Source of the DNA: Octopus bimaculoides
Lineage: Eukaryota
Assembly (NCBI RefSeq): GCF_001194135.2
Contig: NC_068985.1
Coordinates: forward strand, 44,770,121 to 44,807,384
Direction of reading: 5' to 3'
Length of the DNA stretch: 37,264 bases
Shown: one piece after another, positions 35,690-37,264 of the stretch
How the letters are laid out: the number at the start of each line of letters is the position of its first letter
How positions within the stretch are numbered: the first letter of the stretch is position 1
Translations under genes and position numbers: made by a program
The notes under the pieces: generated by a model
What the model saw: the letters and a program-made list of their open reading frames with translations, nothing else
The model's database searches: none
Told to the model about the DNA's origin: nothing

Positions 35690-35868
35690 TGGTGTATTAT
35701 GTTCCCGTAACGTAACGGTTCAGCAAAAGAGATCGATAGAATAAGTATCAGGCTTACAAAGAATAAGTCCTGGGTCGATTTCTTCGACTAAGACCCTTTA
35801 AGCCGGTGCTCCAGTATGGCCGCCGTCAAATGACTGAAACGAGTAAAAGAATTAAAGAATAAAAGAAT
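35690..35868 (+). mobile_element. SINE family B, 3' half
   Basis: CCCGTAAC..GCAAAAGAGATCGATAGAATAAGTA..GGTCGATTTCTTCGAC..GGTGCTCCAGTATGGCCGC..TGACTGAAAC.AGTAAAAGAAT tail. Confidence 0.88.
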
Positions 35869-35913
35869 ACATATACATGCACACGAGTTAGCACACCGGT
35901 GCAAAATACGGTC

Positions 35914-36100
35914 GAAAAATTAGCACTTGGATACCAAAAATGTAGAGAAAAATACTATTTTATTAAAGCCGAAAAAACTTCACAATCTACTGTTAGCCAG
36001 AGTTACACATGACCGTTCGTCATACAGTTACGATATGTCCAGCGCTGTTGTAAATCGTCTCTTCCTCTAGCACTCATTTCATCGATTTCCCGCTGTAAAT
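35914..36100 (-). mobile_element. Penelope-like terminal repeat, copy 2
   Basis: Homologous to copy 1; contains the degenerate hammerhead and AATAAA (35959-35964, minus strand). The 36100 boundary is approximate. Confidence 0.5.
35989..36029 (-). ncRNA. Degenerate minimal type-I hammerhead ribozyme relic
   Basis: ACTGT-[A]TGACGA-ACG(GTCA)TGT-G[T]A-ACTCTGGC-TA-ACAGT: 5-bp stem I, 3-bp stem II, two core substitutions and a damaged stem III; probably inactive. Confidence 0.5.
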
Positions 36101-36244
36101 GAGTAAGCCTGCGAAAGGCTGCATCCTGTTCACGTGACATCTTTTGCTCCTTTTTTCATATATAGGCCAAGGAACCGGGTAACCGATCCTTTGAGTACTG
36201 GGACTCTAAACAGTATTTACTATCAATAATCTCTCCGTGGTTAT

Positions 36245-36362
36245 GGAAGCGCGTAGCTTAGTGGTTAAGGTGTTGAATTCATGATCAGAAGAGTGTTGTT
36301 TCGACTCCTGAACCGAGTAGCGAGTCGCGTTTTTGAGCAAAACACTTCCTTTCACGTTGCTC
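36245..36362 (+). mobile_element. tRNA-derived SINE family D head with CORE-like segment
   Basis: A-box TAGCTTAGTGG, B-box GTTTCGACTCC, then TTGAGCAAAACACTTC.TTTCACGTTGCTC. Confidence 0.75.
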
Positions 36363-36954
36363 GGCATGACACGAGGAGGTAACTTTACTTTACTTTCTCT
36401 GTGGTGAAAATATAATAATGTTTCATAGATGAAAATTTAAGAAGACGAGAATCTCGACAAATCTATTCTACTTTCATCTAGCTACAGCGTGAAACAAAGA
36501 CTGTGGTGTAACAGTCTTACTGACTTTTCGCAGCAGATGTTACGGTTGTATGATTTGAAATGATAACGAACAGATGCAGTATACACATACAAATAATTCG
36601 AGGCAAACATACCAACACTCACATGAACGAGACAAATTGTTGAAATGATAGTAAATAGCGGTGATCCCAATCGATAGTTCGATAAAACGTAATTTAGAAG
36701 AGAAACAAGATAATGCCATGTGTGGAACCGAACCAGATAACTACAGATTGAAGAATTGATGGAATTCTTACAAGGTTTAGAAGAAGTGGGGAGAGTAAAG
36801 GAGTAGGGAAAACATAAGGAATTATTGTGAGCTTCCCTATTGCATTGCGCTTTTTATTTATCGATATCGATCAGTGGTATTTATGGGAGCTATTCAATCA
36901 TATCTTCATGCTAATGTGTAAGTGTGTTCGCTTGTATAAGCTTCTTTGTGTGCA

Positions 36955-37090
36955 AGTGTGTGTGTTCGTCTGCATGTAGTTTTTTCGGTGCGTGAGTGTA
37001 AGTGTGCGTGAGTGTAAGTGTATGTATGTATGTATGTATGTATGTATGTATGTATCTATCTATCTATCTATCTATATATATATATATATA
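36955..37090. repeat. (GTGT/GAGT)-(TATG)n-(TATC)n-(TA)n microsatellite
   Basis: Read directly. Confidence 0.93.
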
Positions 37091-37264
37091 TAAGATCTGG
37101 TAATTAGTCGTATATTTATATATTAATTAATATCGATTAATTATCAGGGGGCCAGCACATTTAAAGAATCAAAGAGATTCAGAAATATTATCTGCAATCT
37201 CAGGGGATTAAGGTACATTTTAAAAATAACGTCGACCACTAACGTGGACAATTAATGCGCTAGA

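Noticed and set aside
36070-36108. Exon-like CTCTTCCTCTAG|32 nt|GTAAGC
   Set aside because: It lies within the Penelope-like repeat, which shows that such splice-like motifs arise by chance here.
1-37264. CRISPR array, rRNA or prokaryotic operon
   Set aside because: There are no regularly spaced repeats with unique spacers and no rRNA-like sequence; the window is eukaryotic repeat-rich DNA.

Overview
This is eukaryotic, repeat-saturated, probably intronic or intergenic DNA, with about 5.1 kb of assembly N-gaps, most of them flanked by microsatellites. The tRNA-derived SINE families and very dense di-, tri- and tetranucleotide microsatellites look like an octopod (Octopus) genome; that is an inference from recalled repeat sequences, not a database result. 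No intact protein-coding gene, rRNA, true tRNA or CRISPR array can be supported, and nearly all long ORFs in the track are artefacts of microsatellites or N-runs. Supported content: about 13 copies of one SINE family (A), several copies of a second (B), and two further tRNA-headed SINEs (C, D). DNA transposons include a near full-length decayed mariner, a mariner 5' fragment, a mariner-type MITE and a maT-like Tc1/mariner 3' fragment. There is also a Helitron-like 3'-end/5'-end junction, a gag-like LINE ORF1 with a CCHC knuckle, a Tx1/L1-like ORF2 fragment, and weaker Academ-like and RTE-like relics. The most interesting signals are (1) a duplicated repeat near 35.6-36.1 kb that folds into a degenerate minimal type-I hammerhead ribozyme followed by AATAAA, as in Penelope-like termini; (2) 52-bp direct repeats bracketing the gag-like ORF1; (3) a head-to-tail Helitron junction; (4) modular SINE tails and a stem-conserved hairpin shared by two SINE families; and (5) a speculative phase-compatible chain of small exons on the + strand.
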